Assembly: GCA_004431415.1 (NCBI GenBank)
Contig: QPMI01000252.1
Coordinates: 1 to 64,000, forward strand
Direction: 5' to 3'
Length of the DNA: 64,000 nucleotides
Source of the DNA: Cyanophora paradoxa CCMP329
Lineage: Eukaryota > Plantae > Glaucophyta
The translations under genes and the position numbers were made by a program. Numbering within the stretch: the stretch's first letter is position 1; every line of letters starts with the position of its first letter. This document shows, one piece after another, positions 32,209 through 44,849 of this stretch. Under the pieces are notes generated by a model. The model did no database searches. It saw only the letters and a list, made by a program, of their open reading frames with translations, and was not told the origin of the DNA.

Positions 32209-35200
32209 TCAGCGGCGGGCCGGGGGCCCGAGGCCCGGCGGGGGACGGAGGCCGGGCGGGGGGGAGGGGGAGGCGGGCGGGGGCGCGTCCTGGGGGAGGA
32301 GGCCCGGGGGCAGGGGGATGTCGGCGGAGGGGAGGATGGGCGCGCCGACGCGCTCCTTGACGGCGAGGAGGCGCGACTCGAGGGCCTCCACCTCGCGTCG
32401 CGCGTTCTCCACCTCCCGCTCCAGCGTCTCCACGCCCCGCGGCGGGAAGAGGCCCGCGGCGCCGTGGCCGAGGGCCCCCTCCCCCGGGCCCCCGAGCCGC
32501 TGGCTCATCGACGCCAGGTAGAGCCCCAGCGCCGACGGGTTCCCCGCCGCCTGCGCGAAGATGCTGCCGCCCCGCGTCAGCGCCCCGCGAGGCGGGCCGG
32601 GTCCGGGGGCGGGGCGGGGCGCGGGCACCTGGTGAGCTGCTCGCGGGAGAGGGAGGAGGAGAACGAGGCGAGGCCGGGCGGGGAGCCTGCGGCGGAGAGG
32701 CCGAGGAAGGCGTCGAGGGGCTGGGGGCCCTGGCCCTGCCCCGCCACCGTCACCGGCTTCTTGATGTTCTGCGCCCCCGCCGCCTGCTGCTGCTGCAGCG
32801 CCGCCGCCATCGCCGCCATCAGCGGCTGCACTCCGATGGCCCCAGCCGGGTTCGCCGGGTTCGCCGGCCCCGCCAGGCCCGGGGGCGGCGGCGGCCGGGC
32901 GGCGAGGCGGGCGGTGGGGGTCGAGGCGCCCGAGCCGGCGAGCTCGGACTCGGGGGTCGGCGAGGGGCCGGCCTCCTTGGACTGCGGCGCGGTCAGGGGC
33001 CCGGCGCGCGCGGGACCGCCGCGGGCGGGGGCGGGGCGGACCTTCTCGGCGGCGGCGCGGGCGGCCTTGTCGGCCTTCTCCTTCTCGCGGCGGGCCTTCT
33101 TCTCCTTCTTGCGCTGCTGCTTCATGGCCTCGCGGTCCGGCTCGCCCTCCTCCCCGCTCGAGCCGCTCCCGTCGTCCTGCTCCCGCTGCCCCGCCTGCTG
33201 CTGCTGCATCTGCTGCTGCTGCTGCTGGAGCACCAGCAGCTGGCTCGTCGCGAGACTCTGCAGCAGCGGCTGCCCCAGCGGCGGCTTCCCCGCGCCGCCC
33301 TTGGCGTCCTTCAGGGGCGGGGCGCCCATGAGGGGCTGCCCGGCCTTGCCGCCCCCGACGAGGGGCGGCGGGGTGGGGAGGACGGCGCCGCCGGCGGCGG
33401 CCGGCGGGGGCATGCCGAGGAGCGAGGAGCCGTCGGCCTTGAGCTTGCCGGCGGCCACCGGCGCCGCGGGGGCTGCCACGGCGGCGGCGCCCTTGCCGCC
33501 CGCTTGGCCTGGGCCTTCTTGCTGGCCGAGTTGTTGGGCGAGGCGCTGGGCGTCGTCGCCCCGCTGGGCGCCCCCGCCGCCCCACCGTCGGCGTCGTCGG
33601 GTTCGGGCTCGGCAGCAGCGCCGGCGCGCCGGCCGCCGGGGGGCTCGCGGCGGCGGGGGCCCCGGCGGGGCGGAGTGGGGGATTGGGCGGGCGGGGAGGC
33701 GTGGAGGGGGCGGTGGGGGGCAGGTGGATGGGGGAGAGGAGCGGGTGCCCGAGCAGCTGCGGGTGCTGCTGCGAGGGCCCGAAGAGCGGGCTAGAGCCCG
33801 GGGGGAGGGAGTGTTGGGGGCCAAAAGGGAAACCCTGGCCAGGCGCGCCCATCGCTGTCTGCATCACGGGGCCCGCGCCCGGGCCCCCAGCCCCGTTTGG
33901 GGGCCCCGTAGGAGGTACGCCGAAAGGAAGGGGGAACTGGCCGTGGCCCCTGAAGGGTCCCGGCCCGCCTGCTCCTGACCCCGGACCGCTGCCCAGGCCG
34001 CCGGCAGGCGGGGGCGAGGCGGGGCGGGCGGCGCCGCCGGCCCCGCCCGCGAACGCCATGCCGGCGCCCATGATGGCGGGTCACGCAGCGCAGCCGCCTC
34101 GCCGGCCGGCGCGCCAGCGCCCTTGCGCATGCCTGCCGGTCGCGGTCAGCGAGAATACTCAAACGGCGGGGCAGCTGGGGGTCGCACCCTCGGGATGGGG
34201 GCCGGGAGGGGTGGGCAGGAGGGATGTGGGAGTGGGCAGCACGGCGCCGCCGGCGGAGGTCTGCTGGCCGCCGGACTTGCTGGCCTTCTGCGAGCCGCCC
34301 TGCTGCTGGCCCTGCTGCTGGCCCTGCTGCGGCTGCGGCTGGCCCTGGCCCTGCCCGCCCTGCGGCTGCGGGGCGAGCAGCGGGGGCGGCGACCAGAGGA
34401 TGCCGCCCTCGGGGGGGCGCGGGGGGAGGCCCCCGCCCAGGAGCGAGCCGGGGCCGCCGCCGAGCCCGAAGCCCTGTAGGGGCGCCCCGAGGAGGGAGGG
34501 CGGGAGACCGCCGGCGCCCGGGGCGCCGCCGTGCCAGGGGGCCCCGGGCGAGCCGCCGCCGCCCGAGGCGCTGCTGGCCGAGGCCTGCAGCATGTTCAGC
34601 AGGCTCTGCACGATGTTGTTCTCCTCCGGCGGCTTCCCCCCGGCGGCCGCCGGCGGGGGCGAGCTCAGATGCGGCGGCTTGCCGGCGCCCTGCGCCTGCG
34701 CCTGCGCGCGCTGGCGCTGCGCCTCCTCGCTCTGCGGGTGGGACTCCCACGGAGCCGGCGCCGAGCCGACGCTGATGTTCACCTCGGGGAGGAGGGCGCG
34801 CAGGACATCGACAGCGCTCTCGCCCTGCCCCGCACGCTGCGCCTGCTGCTGTGCCTGCTGCTGCTGCGCCTGCGCGGCGGCGGCGGCGGCCGCTGCGGCT
34901 GCGGCGGCGTGCATGTGGGCGAAGCGCTGCTCCATGGCAGCGGCCTGGGCCTGGGCCTGCTGCTGCTGCTGCTGCTGCTGCATCTGCTGCTGGGCCACGA
35001 ACGCGAGGCTCGCGAGGTTCGCGCCGAGGGGCGGCAGCGGGAGCCCGAAGGGCCCGGGCTGCGGCTGCTGCTGCTGCGCGGCAAAGGCGGCGGCTGCGGC
35101 TGCGGCGGCGGCTGCGGCGGCGGCGGCGGCCTGCTGCTGCTGTGCCTGCTGTTGCTGGGCCTGCTGCTGCTGGGCCTGCTGGGCGTGGAGTTGGTGGAGG

Positions 35201-38200
35201 TGCTGCTGCTGGAGCTGCTGCGCCAGCGTGTGCTCGTCCATGCTCCCCGAGGGCGGCGCGAGGATGCCCGGCGGGGCCGACGGCGCCGAGGCGAAGAGGC
35301 TCGCCAGCGGGATGGGGATGCCCGGCGGGTGCCGGTCGACGCCAGGGGGCTTGCCCGAGGCCGGGACGGGCGAGAGGCCCGGCGGGGGCCCGGGCACGGC
35401 GCGCGGCGTGCTCCGCCCGCTCGCGCCATCGCCGGCCTCGCCCTCGCCGGGCTTGCCGCCGAGGATGCCGAGGGCCGCCAGGCGCGAGCCGAGGCCCGGC
35501 GGCGGCCGATCGCCTTGCCGTCCCGAGTCTGCACCATCTCCGGTGGGATGAGCGGGGCGAGGCCCGGGGCGGGGCCATGCCGGCGCGGCCGGCGCCGACG
35601 GCGGCGAGGGGCGAGGCGCCGGCGGGGGGCGGAGGCCCGGGGGCGGGGCGGGCCGGGGGCCTCGTGGCCGCCGAGGCCCGGCGGGAGGCCGAGGTCGGCG
35701 TCCTCCATCGACTGCGCGAAGCGGAAGCGGGAGAAGGTCCGCCCGCTCGCCGCAGCCGACGGCGGCACCGGCAGCACGGGGGCGGCGGCGGGAGGGTCTC
35801 GGCGGGGGCGGGGGCTGGGGGAAAGCGGGGCGGGGGCGGGGGCGGGGCGGGGATGGCGGGGGCGGGGCGGAGGGCGGGGGCGGCCTCGGGCTCGTCGAGG
35901 TCGTCGAGAAGGTCGGTGGCGAGGGCGATGGCCGACTCCGCCCACGGGTCGAAGTCCAGCTCGTCCCCGGCGCTCGCCCCGCCCCGCTCCAGCTCCCGCC
36001 GCCCCCGCCGCTGCCGCCGCCGACCCCGCCTTGCTCGCCGCCGCCGCTGCGGCCGGCTCCTGGGCGGCGGAGGCAGCTGAGGCGGCGGGGCGGCGGGGGC
36101 GGCCTTGCCGGGGGCGGCGGAGGTGGCGGCGCTGGCGGGTGCCGAGGAGGAAGCGGAGGCGGCGGCGGCGGCGGAGGAGGAGGCCGAGGTGGCGGGGTGA
36201 GGGGCTTGGGGGCGGGCTGGAGGCGGCGATGCCGGTCTGCCAGGGGGGATGGGGTCGGGGTCGCCGAAGGCGGCGTCGGCCTTGCCGACGGAGCCGAAGC
36301 CGAGGCCGCGGCTCTCGCGGTCCGGCTGCGGCAGCACGCCCGTCGCCTTCATCCACGGCTCCTCCCCGTCCGTCTCCTCCGACACGCTCTCCGCCCGCTG
36401 CTCCCGCGTCTCCTCCGGCGCCCGCAGCGGCTGCGCCGGCGCCTTCCCCCGGCTCCCCGCCGCTGCGGCCGCGCCCGAAGCCCCAGGCGCAACCGGCGCC
36501 GCCCCCTTCGCCGACGACGGCGTCGACGGAGGGGCCGGCACGCGCGCCGCGCTGGCGGCGGCTGGAGAGGCGCCGGCGGCGGCGGCCTTGGGCGAGGGGC
36601 GCGGGGCGCTGCCGCTGGCGGGGGCGGAGGCTGCCGCTGAAGGCGGGCGGGCGGCAATCTCGACGCTGAGGGAGCGCACGGCGCCCGGGCGGGCCTGCAC
36701 GAGATGGTCGTCCTCGCTCTCGCGCCTGTTGAGGATGCCGGGCGACTTGGCCTTCGTCCCGGTGCCCCTGCGCGCAGCGTGAGCGCCACGAGCGCGCTGC
36801 CGGGGCGGGCTGGAGGCGCACCATGAGGCAGTCGGAGGGAGGGCGGAGGGGGAGGGCGGGCGGTCGAGGGAGGAGGACGAGGTGGACGCGGGGACCTTGG
36901 GCTTCGACTGCGGGGGCGGAGCTCAGGGCGGGTCGGGCAGCGAGCGCGAGGCGGATAGGTCGAACCTCCTTCGCGGCGGAGAGGGTCGGCCATTCCACGG
37001 TGTCGGTCTTCGCCGCAAGGTTCACGATCGGCTCCGGCGCGGGCACGGGCTTCCAGGCCGGCTTCGGCGCCTGCGCGGACAACTTGAGAGGGAGAAGAAA
37101 AAAAGAGCGAGCGCGGCGCGGACCGAGCGCCCTTCGTCGTCATCAAAGGCGTCCTGCGGGATGGGCGGAGGCGACGGGCGGAGGCTCCCCGAAGACGCTG
37201 CAAGAAGAGGTAAGCGGATTGCACAAGAGCAGATCAGTCCAAAGCTGGCGGACTGTGGCGAGGCGCAGTCGAGCGCGGGAAGCCAACACGCCAAGTGATC
37301 CCGACCGAGTCCGGAGGCGGCTCGTGGTAGCCGGGCTTCCTGCAGCAGTATGAGCAGGCGCCAGCGCAGCGATCGCATATCAGAGAACGGCGCAAGACCG
37401 CACAGGTAGACTTGCTCGTCCTCTGTGAACTCTTCGTCCGGAGTCACCTCATGAAGATACATGCAGTCCGGATTGGTGCAGTTGATGTTCTTCAAGAAGA
37501 GATTGCAGTACTTCGTCGTGCCAAACGACGCGCTGTGGTGTGCGGTTGGCGAGGGCCTCTGTAGAGCGCTTCAAGGCACTACGCACCGAAGCACACGGCC
37601 CTCCATGTAGAGGCCATCGACAGCAATGATGCAGGCGATGGCCTCCTCCTTGCGGGCGAAGGTGACATAGCACGAGAACGATGGGCCCGAGGCTCCTCCC
37701 GGGTTATACACATTGTTCTTGTTCACAACCACCTTGATAACCTTTCCGTACTGGCCGAAGTACTCGTGGCGCCGGAGAAGCTGCAGACAGAACGAAGGTC
37801 AGCGCGCAGAACATCGAGGCACCGGCGCAGCGACGCATGCGCACATCTTCCTTCGTCAGCTGCGGCGAAAGGCCGATGACATAAACGAGGTTCTTCTGCA
37901 CGACACGGACACCGCTGAGATGTTTCCGCGAGCCCTTGGACGCCTGCTGCTTCGCAAACTTGTCCTTGTTCTTGCGCTCCACGGTCATGCGAGCGAGCCT
38001 GCTCAGCAAAACGCGAGAAAGAGATCAGATGCGCGGACTGGAGGGCAGATGGCGGCGTTGCGACTGGCCGCGCATCATCGCGACCGATGATTCGGGCGGC
38101 AGGAGAGCGCCAGTGCTTAGTGTGCGCCAGCTGCTCTTCTAGTATCGCTAAGACGCGACGAACGCACTCCGCTGCATCGGGCTGCCGGAAGGTGTACTTG

Positions 38201-38517
38201 TCCTCTGAATACGGCGACCGGCATGCTGGGCATTTCCCGTTCAGGTTCTCCTTGATGTGATGCCAGCACCAGAGGCAAATCTGCGCTCGGCGCCGTCAGC
38301 GCGGCCGAATGCCGCGCGTGAGCGCCGCGGGCCATGCGCCCGCGGCGATTGCGGCCGCAGCACAAACCTGATAGCCGCATTGGCACGGAATGAAGTTTCG
38401 GTCGGTGATGTCGAGCTCTGCGCGTCGCCGTGAGCCCACCGCCAGCCGGCCACCATCGCCACTCGCACCTTCGAGGCAGAGGGGACACTCTTTGGCGTCC
38501 TCCTCATCGGAATCCAT
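32209..38517 (-). CDS. NOT4: NOT4/CNOT4 E3 ligase (C4C4 RING, RRM, C3H1) with very long Q/P/A-rich C-terminus
   Basis: CPLCLE|ELDITDRNFIPCQCGYQ|ICLWCWHHIKENLNGKCPACR; VRVVQKNLVYVIGL; EYFGQYGKV; RASFGTTKYC..C.NPDCMYLHE. The 3' extent assumes a single gene. Confidence 0.9.
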
Positions 38518-38741
38518 CGCTGGAGCTCGCGATGGACCCGCGGCTTCGCCAAGCGCCGGAGCGCGCTATTCGGGGGTATAGCGTGCAATTCAAACCGGGG
38601 TAGAGAATTGCAACAGCGACACCGGCGAGCGGTTGGCCCAGGAGAGCTCTTCCCGCATGTTTTTGGCGGGCATGTAAGCGGCTCGTAGCTGGCCCTCCGC
38701 CAGCAGTCGCCTGACCAGCTCGCTCGCTGGCCATGGTCCTC

Positions 38742-38954
38742 GCTGCCCGTATCTCACGTGCACAAGCTGCTGGAGGACCTGATCAATGCACCGGTTTGGT
38801 TAGCTAAGAAATATTCTACTACTGGCCCACCCTCGCAGCCATGATCTGTCTGCAGCTCTAGCGCCTGCGCGGCGTGCTGAACTCTGAGCACTCCCGAGCA
38901 ACTAGGATGTCTCAGCTGTCCGTATCTCACGTGCACAAGCTGCTGGAGGACCTG
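38742..38954 (+). repeat. 40-bp direct repeat, 1 mismatch, 173 bp apart
   Basis: GCTG(C/T)CCGTATCTCACGTGCACAAGCTGCTGGAGGACCTG at 38742-38781 and 38915-38954. Confidence 0.85.
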
Positions 38955-41900
38955 CGCAACGCGGGGAAGCTCCTCAGGCGCTGGAGGGGAGAGCCGTCCG
39001 TCGTGAAGAGGGAGGACATGGAGGATGAGATGTGCGACATATACACGCGCGTGGCGGCGTTCAGCTGGTCGCAGGGCCACATGGACGCCATCGCCGAGTC
39101 CGGGGCGCTCGAGACGGTGACGCGGCACCTTCCCGAGACGGAGCTGCCGCGCGTGAAGGCCGCAATGATGCGCATGCTCCTTACCTTCGCCTCCAAGCCC
39201 CGCTACGGCGTGAGCGCCTCGCCCTCCCCTCCCGCACTGCGTGCCGCCTGCTTTCTCACGCACCCGTCTGACTGCAGCGCTACATGGGTGAGCGGGCGGG
39301 TGGGCGGGGCGCACCCTGCCGCCGCGCTCTGAGCGGGTTGCGCGCAGGGCTGAACCACGGGCTGGGGCCGCTGCTGGTGTCGGAGATCCGGGCGCTGGCG
39401 GCGCCCGTGTGCCGCTTCTGGGAGTACGACCTCGCCGTGAACGGGGCGGACCCCGACCCCGCGGCCCCTGCCGGCGCTCCGACCACCGCCGCGCCCGCCA
39501 CGGGGGCCGGCGCCGGCGCCGGCGCGACGGCGCCGGCGAGGAGCGCGGGGCGGCGGCGGCGGCCTCGCCGGCGCGGACGCGGACGGGGGCGCTGCGGACG
39601 GCGACGGCGGCGACGAACCCGCGCACGCCCGTCGCCTTCACGAACAGCGCCGCAGCGCCGCCCGCCACCGCCGGCCGCGGGCGCCACCGCCCGGCCACCG
39701 TCACCCCGGAGCCGCCCCGCGCACGGGCCGCCCCGAGGCCCGGGCACATCGCGCCCCGCGGGGGCCGGGGCGGAGGCGGGGGGCGGGGCCGGGGCGGCGG
39801 GGGAGAAGCGTGCGCCGCTGGACGCGCTGTCGCTGGAGGTGCTGCTGCTGATGGTCGTCGCCCTGCGGCACCTCCTCGCCGAGGCCGCCACCGCCCAGGA
39901 GGCCCGCCCCCGCCGCCCCTCGGGCCCGCCCGGGGCGCGCTCGGGGTGACGCCCCGGCAGATGTGGGAGTACGCGGCGTTCGAGCTGTGCGTGGACCTGC
40001 TGCAGCAGGCGGTGCCGGCGCTGGCGGAGGCGGCGGGGGAGATCGCGAGGGGCGAGGCGGACGGGGACGGGGAGGCGGCGGACGAGCTCCGCGACGTCCT
40101 CGCCATGGTCGACACCCTCGAGGCCCGCCCGCCCCCCGCTCCCTCCCCGTTGTTCGGGCTCACGCGCCGCCCCGCCCCGCAGATCAACCTGTACGGCGCG
40201 GTGAGCCACCTGCTGGCCCCCGAGAAGAACCGGGAGCGCTGCTGCGGGCTGGCGGGGGCGGTGGCGGCCGGCGCTGCGAGCCGGCCGCTGGCGGCGCTGC
40301 TCTGGCTGGTGCGGAACAGCGACCTGGAGGACATGGCGCAGATCGCCGCGCACGCCCTCTGGCGCCTCGCCTCCGCCCCGGAGGCCCACGCCGCGCTCGT
40401 CGAGCACGGCGCCGTCGACGCCGCCGCCGAGCGCCTCTTCCTGCGCCCCCCCGGGGCCGGCGGCGCGCAGGTGGCCGGCGTCTCGGCGGCCGTGCGGACG
40501 GCCCTCACCCGCGCCCTCCTCAACCTCGCCACCTCCCGCGTCGGCTCCTCCGCGCGCCCCTTCCGCCCCCGCTCGCCCGCCCCGCCCCGCTGACGGGGCG
40601 CAGGCACTGGCGCGGCGGGCGGGGGCGGACCTGCAGTGGAACCCCGTCACGCAATGGCTGGAGGCCGACTACCGCACCTACGCCGTCGCCCTCCTCCCGC
40701 ACGCCCCCGCCGAGCCGGCGCCGGCCCCGAACCCCGCCGCCCGCAAGCCCGTCTTCCTCCCCGGCGGGCCCTCCGAGCGCGCCGCCGCCGCCGCCCGCGC
40801 CAAGGCCGCCGCCACCGTGCCCCGCCTCCTTCTTCCTCTTCCCTTCTCTCTCCTCGTCTTCTCTGAGCCGCCGGGCAGGGCCCGCGGCTGGGGCACGGGA
40901 CGTCGCTGTACGTGACGCTGGAGGGTGCGCGGGGGAGCAGCGGGGAGCGGGAGCTGCAGCTGGGCCCGCACTCGTTCCCCGACGGCGAGGCCGAGTCCTT
41001 CTACGTCGACTGCGGCAACCTCGGCGCCCTCCGCCGCGTCGCCCTCCGCCTCTCGCCCCCGGTCCCCTCCCGCCCTCTCCCCCTCTTCCTCTTCTCCCCG
41101 CCCCGCCGCCTCACGCCCTCTCAGGGCCAGAAGCTGCGGCTGGCGCTGGTGACGGTGGCGGACGAGGTGCAGGGGAGCGAGTACCGCTTCCCCTTCCCCG
41201 CGCACACCTCCTTCGCCGACCCCGTCCTCCTCCCCGTCGCCGAGGGCGCGCCCCGGCCCCACGCCGAGCCCGCCGCCGGCATGACGCGCCTTGAGCAGTG
41301 CGGCGGGAGCGGGAGGACGACTTCCTCCTCGCCGCCCTCGACCTCCTCGTGCGCCCCCGGGCCCGGCCCCCCCGCCCACCTCGTCCGCCCCGCGCCCGAC
41401 GCGGCCGGCAGCACCGGGTCGTCTGCGTGGAGCCCGAGCCCCCCGACAGCCTCGCCGCCTACGACCTCGCCCCCGCCGCCCCCGCCCCCCAGGGTCCGCG
41501 CCCCCGCCCCGCCCGGCCGCCTGGCCGCGCGGAGACGGGGCGCAGGGGCGCTGGCGGTGAACCCGGCGGCGGCCTTCGGGCTGCTGCACCTGCTCGCCGC
41601 CTCGCCGGCGTCGGGCCTGGCGCCCCGCGCCGAGGAGCTCCTCGTCGAGCTCCTCGACGCCGGCTCCCTCTGCCCCCTCCCCGTCCTCCCCGCCGCCCTC
41701 GAGGCCGCCCTCGCGCGCCTCGCCCGGCCCCGCCTCACCGGCCCCGCCGTCGACCGCCTCTTCTCCCTCGCCGCCCGCTGCGTCCGCCGGCGCCCCGACG
41801 TGCTCGCCCAAGCCCTCCCCGCCAGCGGCAGCTCCTGCGCCGCCCTCCTCGTCGCCCTCCTCCGCGAGCCGCCCTCGGGCCGGCCGCTGCCGGGGAGCCC

Positions 41901-44813
41901 GAGGCGCCCCCGAGGGGATCCGCCTGCGGGCCGCCGAGATGCTCCACGACCTGGTGCGCCTCTACGGGCAGGCCGAGGCGGCCGTGCAGGGCGGCCTGCC
42001 CGAGGCCGTCGGCGAGGCCGTGGCCGCCTGCCTGCGGGGCATCGCGGCGCGCCCCGGGGCGGCCCCCAGCGCGCACACGGTCGAGTGGCAGGCGCGCCTC
42101 GCCGAGGTCCTCCTCGCCGCCGTGCGGGAGCCGCGGCTGAGCTCCGAGGGCCGGCGGCGGCTGCACGGGATGCTGCCGCTGCTGCTGGACGCGGCGCGCC
42201 TGCACCGCTCGCTGCACGCCTCGGGGGCCCTCGCCGCGCCCCTCGCCGAGCGCCTCTGGGCCTCGAGGCCGCCCTCCTCGCCCTCGTCGCCGACATCTGC
42301 GCCCAGGACCCCCTCCCCTCGTCCGCCCGCCCCCGTCCCCGCCCCGCCCCGCCCCGCCCCGCCGGCCTCGCCCGCTGAGGGGGCGGCAGGTGTCGCTGTG
42401 CAGCACGTCGGAGCGGGCGCGGCGGCGCGCCCTCTCCACCGTCCTCACCGCCCTCGCCCACGCCGTGCGGGGCCCCCTCGAGCCCGCTCGCCCCCCCGCG
42501 GCGCGGCGGGACGCGGGGGCGCAGGAGACGGCGCAGCGGATCGCGGCGCTGCTGCCGCTGCTGACGGCCCTCGTGCTCATCCCGGAGAACGTGCCCCTCG
42601 CCATGTTCGCCGGCCCGCACACCTTCGCCCGCATCCACGGCGCCCCCGAGCCGGCCTCCGCCTGGCGCGCCCGCCCCCCGCCCGCCCGTCGCCCCCCGCG
42701 CGCGCGGCTGAGGAGCGGGGCGGCAGGTTCGTGCTGGAGACGGACGGGCACGGGGCGCGGCGGCAGCGCCCCTCGCCCGAGTCCTTCGCCGGCCCCCGCG
42801 CCGTCGTCTTCCCCGTCGTCGAGCCCCCGCCCCGGCCCCGGCCCCGCGGCCCCTCCCCGCCCCCCTTCGCCGGAAGTGCCCCCCTCAGCGCCATCCCCGA
42901 GGAGCCCGAGACGGCCCGCTCCGGCGTTGGGTCGGATTCGGGCCCCCGCGCGCGCCCGCCGGCGCTGGACGTGACCCTCCCCTCGGAGGCGGGCTCCCCC
43001 GCCGGCACCGCCCTCCTGCTCCGCTCCGCCGCCTCGCTGCCGGCGACGCTCGCGGCGACCTCGCCGGGGGCGACCTTCGCGGGGCGCCCCGGGGCGACGG
43101 GCCTGCTCTCCCCCTCGCCCGGGACCGGCGTGCTCGTCGAGCTGAGCAGCCCCGCCAGCTCCCGCGCCCGCTCCCCGGCCCCCTCCCTCGCCTTCGCCCT
43201 CCACCCGCCCGCCTCCGCCGGGCCCGCCCCGCCCTCCCGCGAGGGCCCCTCCGCCGCCGCCTCCCCGGCCTTCTCTGACGGGACGGGCCCCGCCACGCGC
43301 CTCACCTACGGCGAGAGCGAGGAGAACTGGGGGTGCGGGCCGCCCCGGCGCCCTCTCCGGCGCCGCCGACGGGGCGGGGGCAGGTACCTGCTGGAGGCGT
43401 GCCGCGCGGCGCTGGCCGTCATCGCCCCGCCCTCGCGGCCCCCCGACGAGAGCGCCACGCTCGCCGTGCCGGGAGGCCCGCCCGCCCTCCCTCCTCCCCT
43501 CTCCTGCCCTCGCCTCCCGTGACGCCGGCGCAGCGCGGGTGCCGGTGTCGCTGGAGGCGGAGGCGGCTGTCGCGGCCCTCCTCACCGCCCTCAAAACCGT
43601 CCTCGAGCAGACCGACTGGTGGGGTGCGCGCCCCGCCCCCGCCTCCCCGCCCCCCCCCCGCCCCCACCCGCCTCCTTCCCGAGCCGAGGCGTGCGGGGCA
43701 GGGCGGCCGCGGCCGGCGATGGGGCGGGAGCTGGTGCGGGGGCTGCTGGAGGCGGTGTGCGGGCTGCTGGGGGCGCGCCTCCCGCCGCTGCCGGCCTTCG
43801 CGGCCCTCTCCGTGGCCTTCCTCCTCTGCAAGGACGAGGAGCACGCCACCGTCGTCGCCGCCGCCGACCGGCCCCTCCTCCTCGCCAAGGCCCGCCCCCC
43901 TCGAACCCGCCTCCGCCCCCGCGCCGCTGACCGCCGGCGCAGCTCGCCGTGAAGGCCGGCCCGAACGACGCGACCGCCGCTGAGGCCGCCCTCGTCAGGT
44001 GCCCGCCCTCGCGCCGCGCCCCGCCCCGGGGGCTCGCCTCAGGCCCCGGCAGCTGCGGCCTGCTCCACTTCATCGCGACGCACCCGCCCCTCCTCCCCGC
44101 CGTCGCCCTCGTCCGCCCCGCCCCGGCCCCTTCACGTTCCCTCCCGATCCGCACCCCCGACCTCTGGGCGCAGCCGGAGATCGTGTACCCGCTTGTGGAC
44201 TGGCTGGTCTCGGGGCGGGCCCCGTGGCCCTGCGAGAGCCTCGTCCTCGCCCTTCTCGAGATCCTCCTCCGCGGTCCGCCCCGGCCCGCCCCGCACGCCC
44301 TGCACCCCCGCCGACGGGCCGGCAGCGTGCCCCGTGACGGTGGCGCCGCCGGGGCCACCGGGGCAAGGGGCGGCGGGGCGGCGCGGGGCGCGGGGCCGGC
44401 CGCTGCACCCGTACCACGAGAAAGCCCGCGAGCTCATCCCCGCCCTCCAGCTGCACCTGGGGGCGTACCCCTCGCCCGTGCGGGCCGGGGCCGGCGTGGG
44501 CCCCGTGCAGAAGGGCAACCTGGTGGACGCGGCGGCCCTCCTGCTCAAGGCCCTCTCGCCCGTCTCCGCCCCGCAGCTCCGCCGCCAGCGCGAGCAGTGC
44601 GCCCCCTGGCCCCGCCCCGCGCCCCGCCCGTCGCCCCCCGGCGCGACGCGGCGCAGCATCGGGCAGGTGTGCGCGACGGAGACACACAAGGCGGAGCTGG
44701 CCGCCTGGACCCGCGCCCGCGACGCCGCCCGCGAGGCCGCCCGCGCCGCCGACCCCGCGCCCCGCCCGCCCCACCGCCCTCCCCCGGCCCCCTCCGCCCG
44801 CCCCCGCGCGTAG
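38907..44813 (+). CDS. Large multi-exon ARM/HEAT-like helical-repeat protein with an internal PLAT/LH2-like domain
   Basis: DAIAESGALETV; AAHALWRLASAPEAHAALVEHGAV (ARM-like); GTSLYVTLEGARGSSGERELQ...F.DGEAESFYVDCGNLGALRRVALR (PLAT-like). The single-gene assumption is unverified. Confidence 0.55.
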
Positions 44814-44849
44814 CCGTGTGCCTCGAGCCCTGCCATTCAACAGCGGGGC

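Noticed and set aside
33791-36700. Very long Arg/Pro/Gly-rich ORFs (e.g. 969 aa) as standalone genes
   Set aside because: They arise from stop-codon scarcity at high GC and are partial, off-frame or antisense readings of spliced genes such as NOT4.
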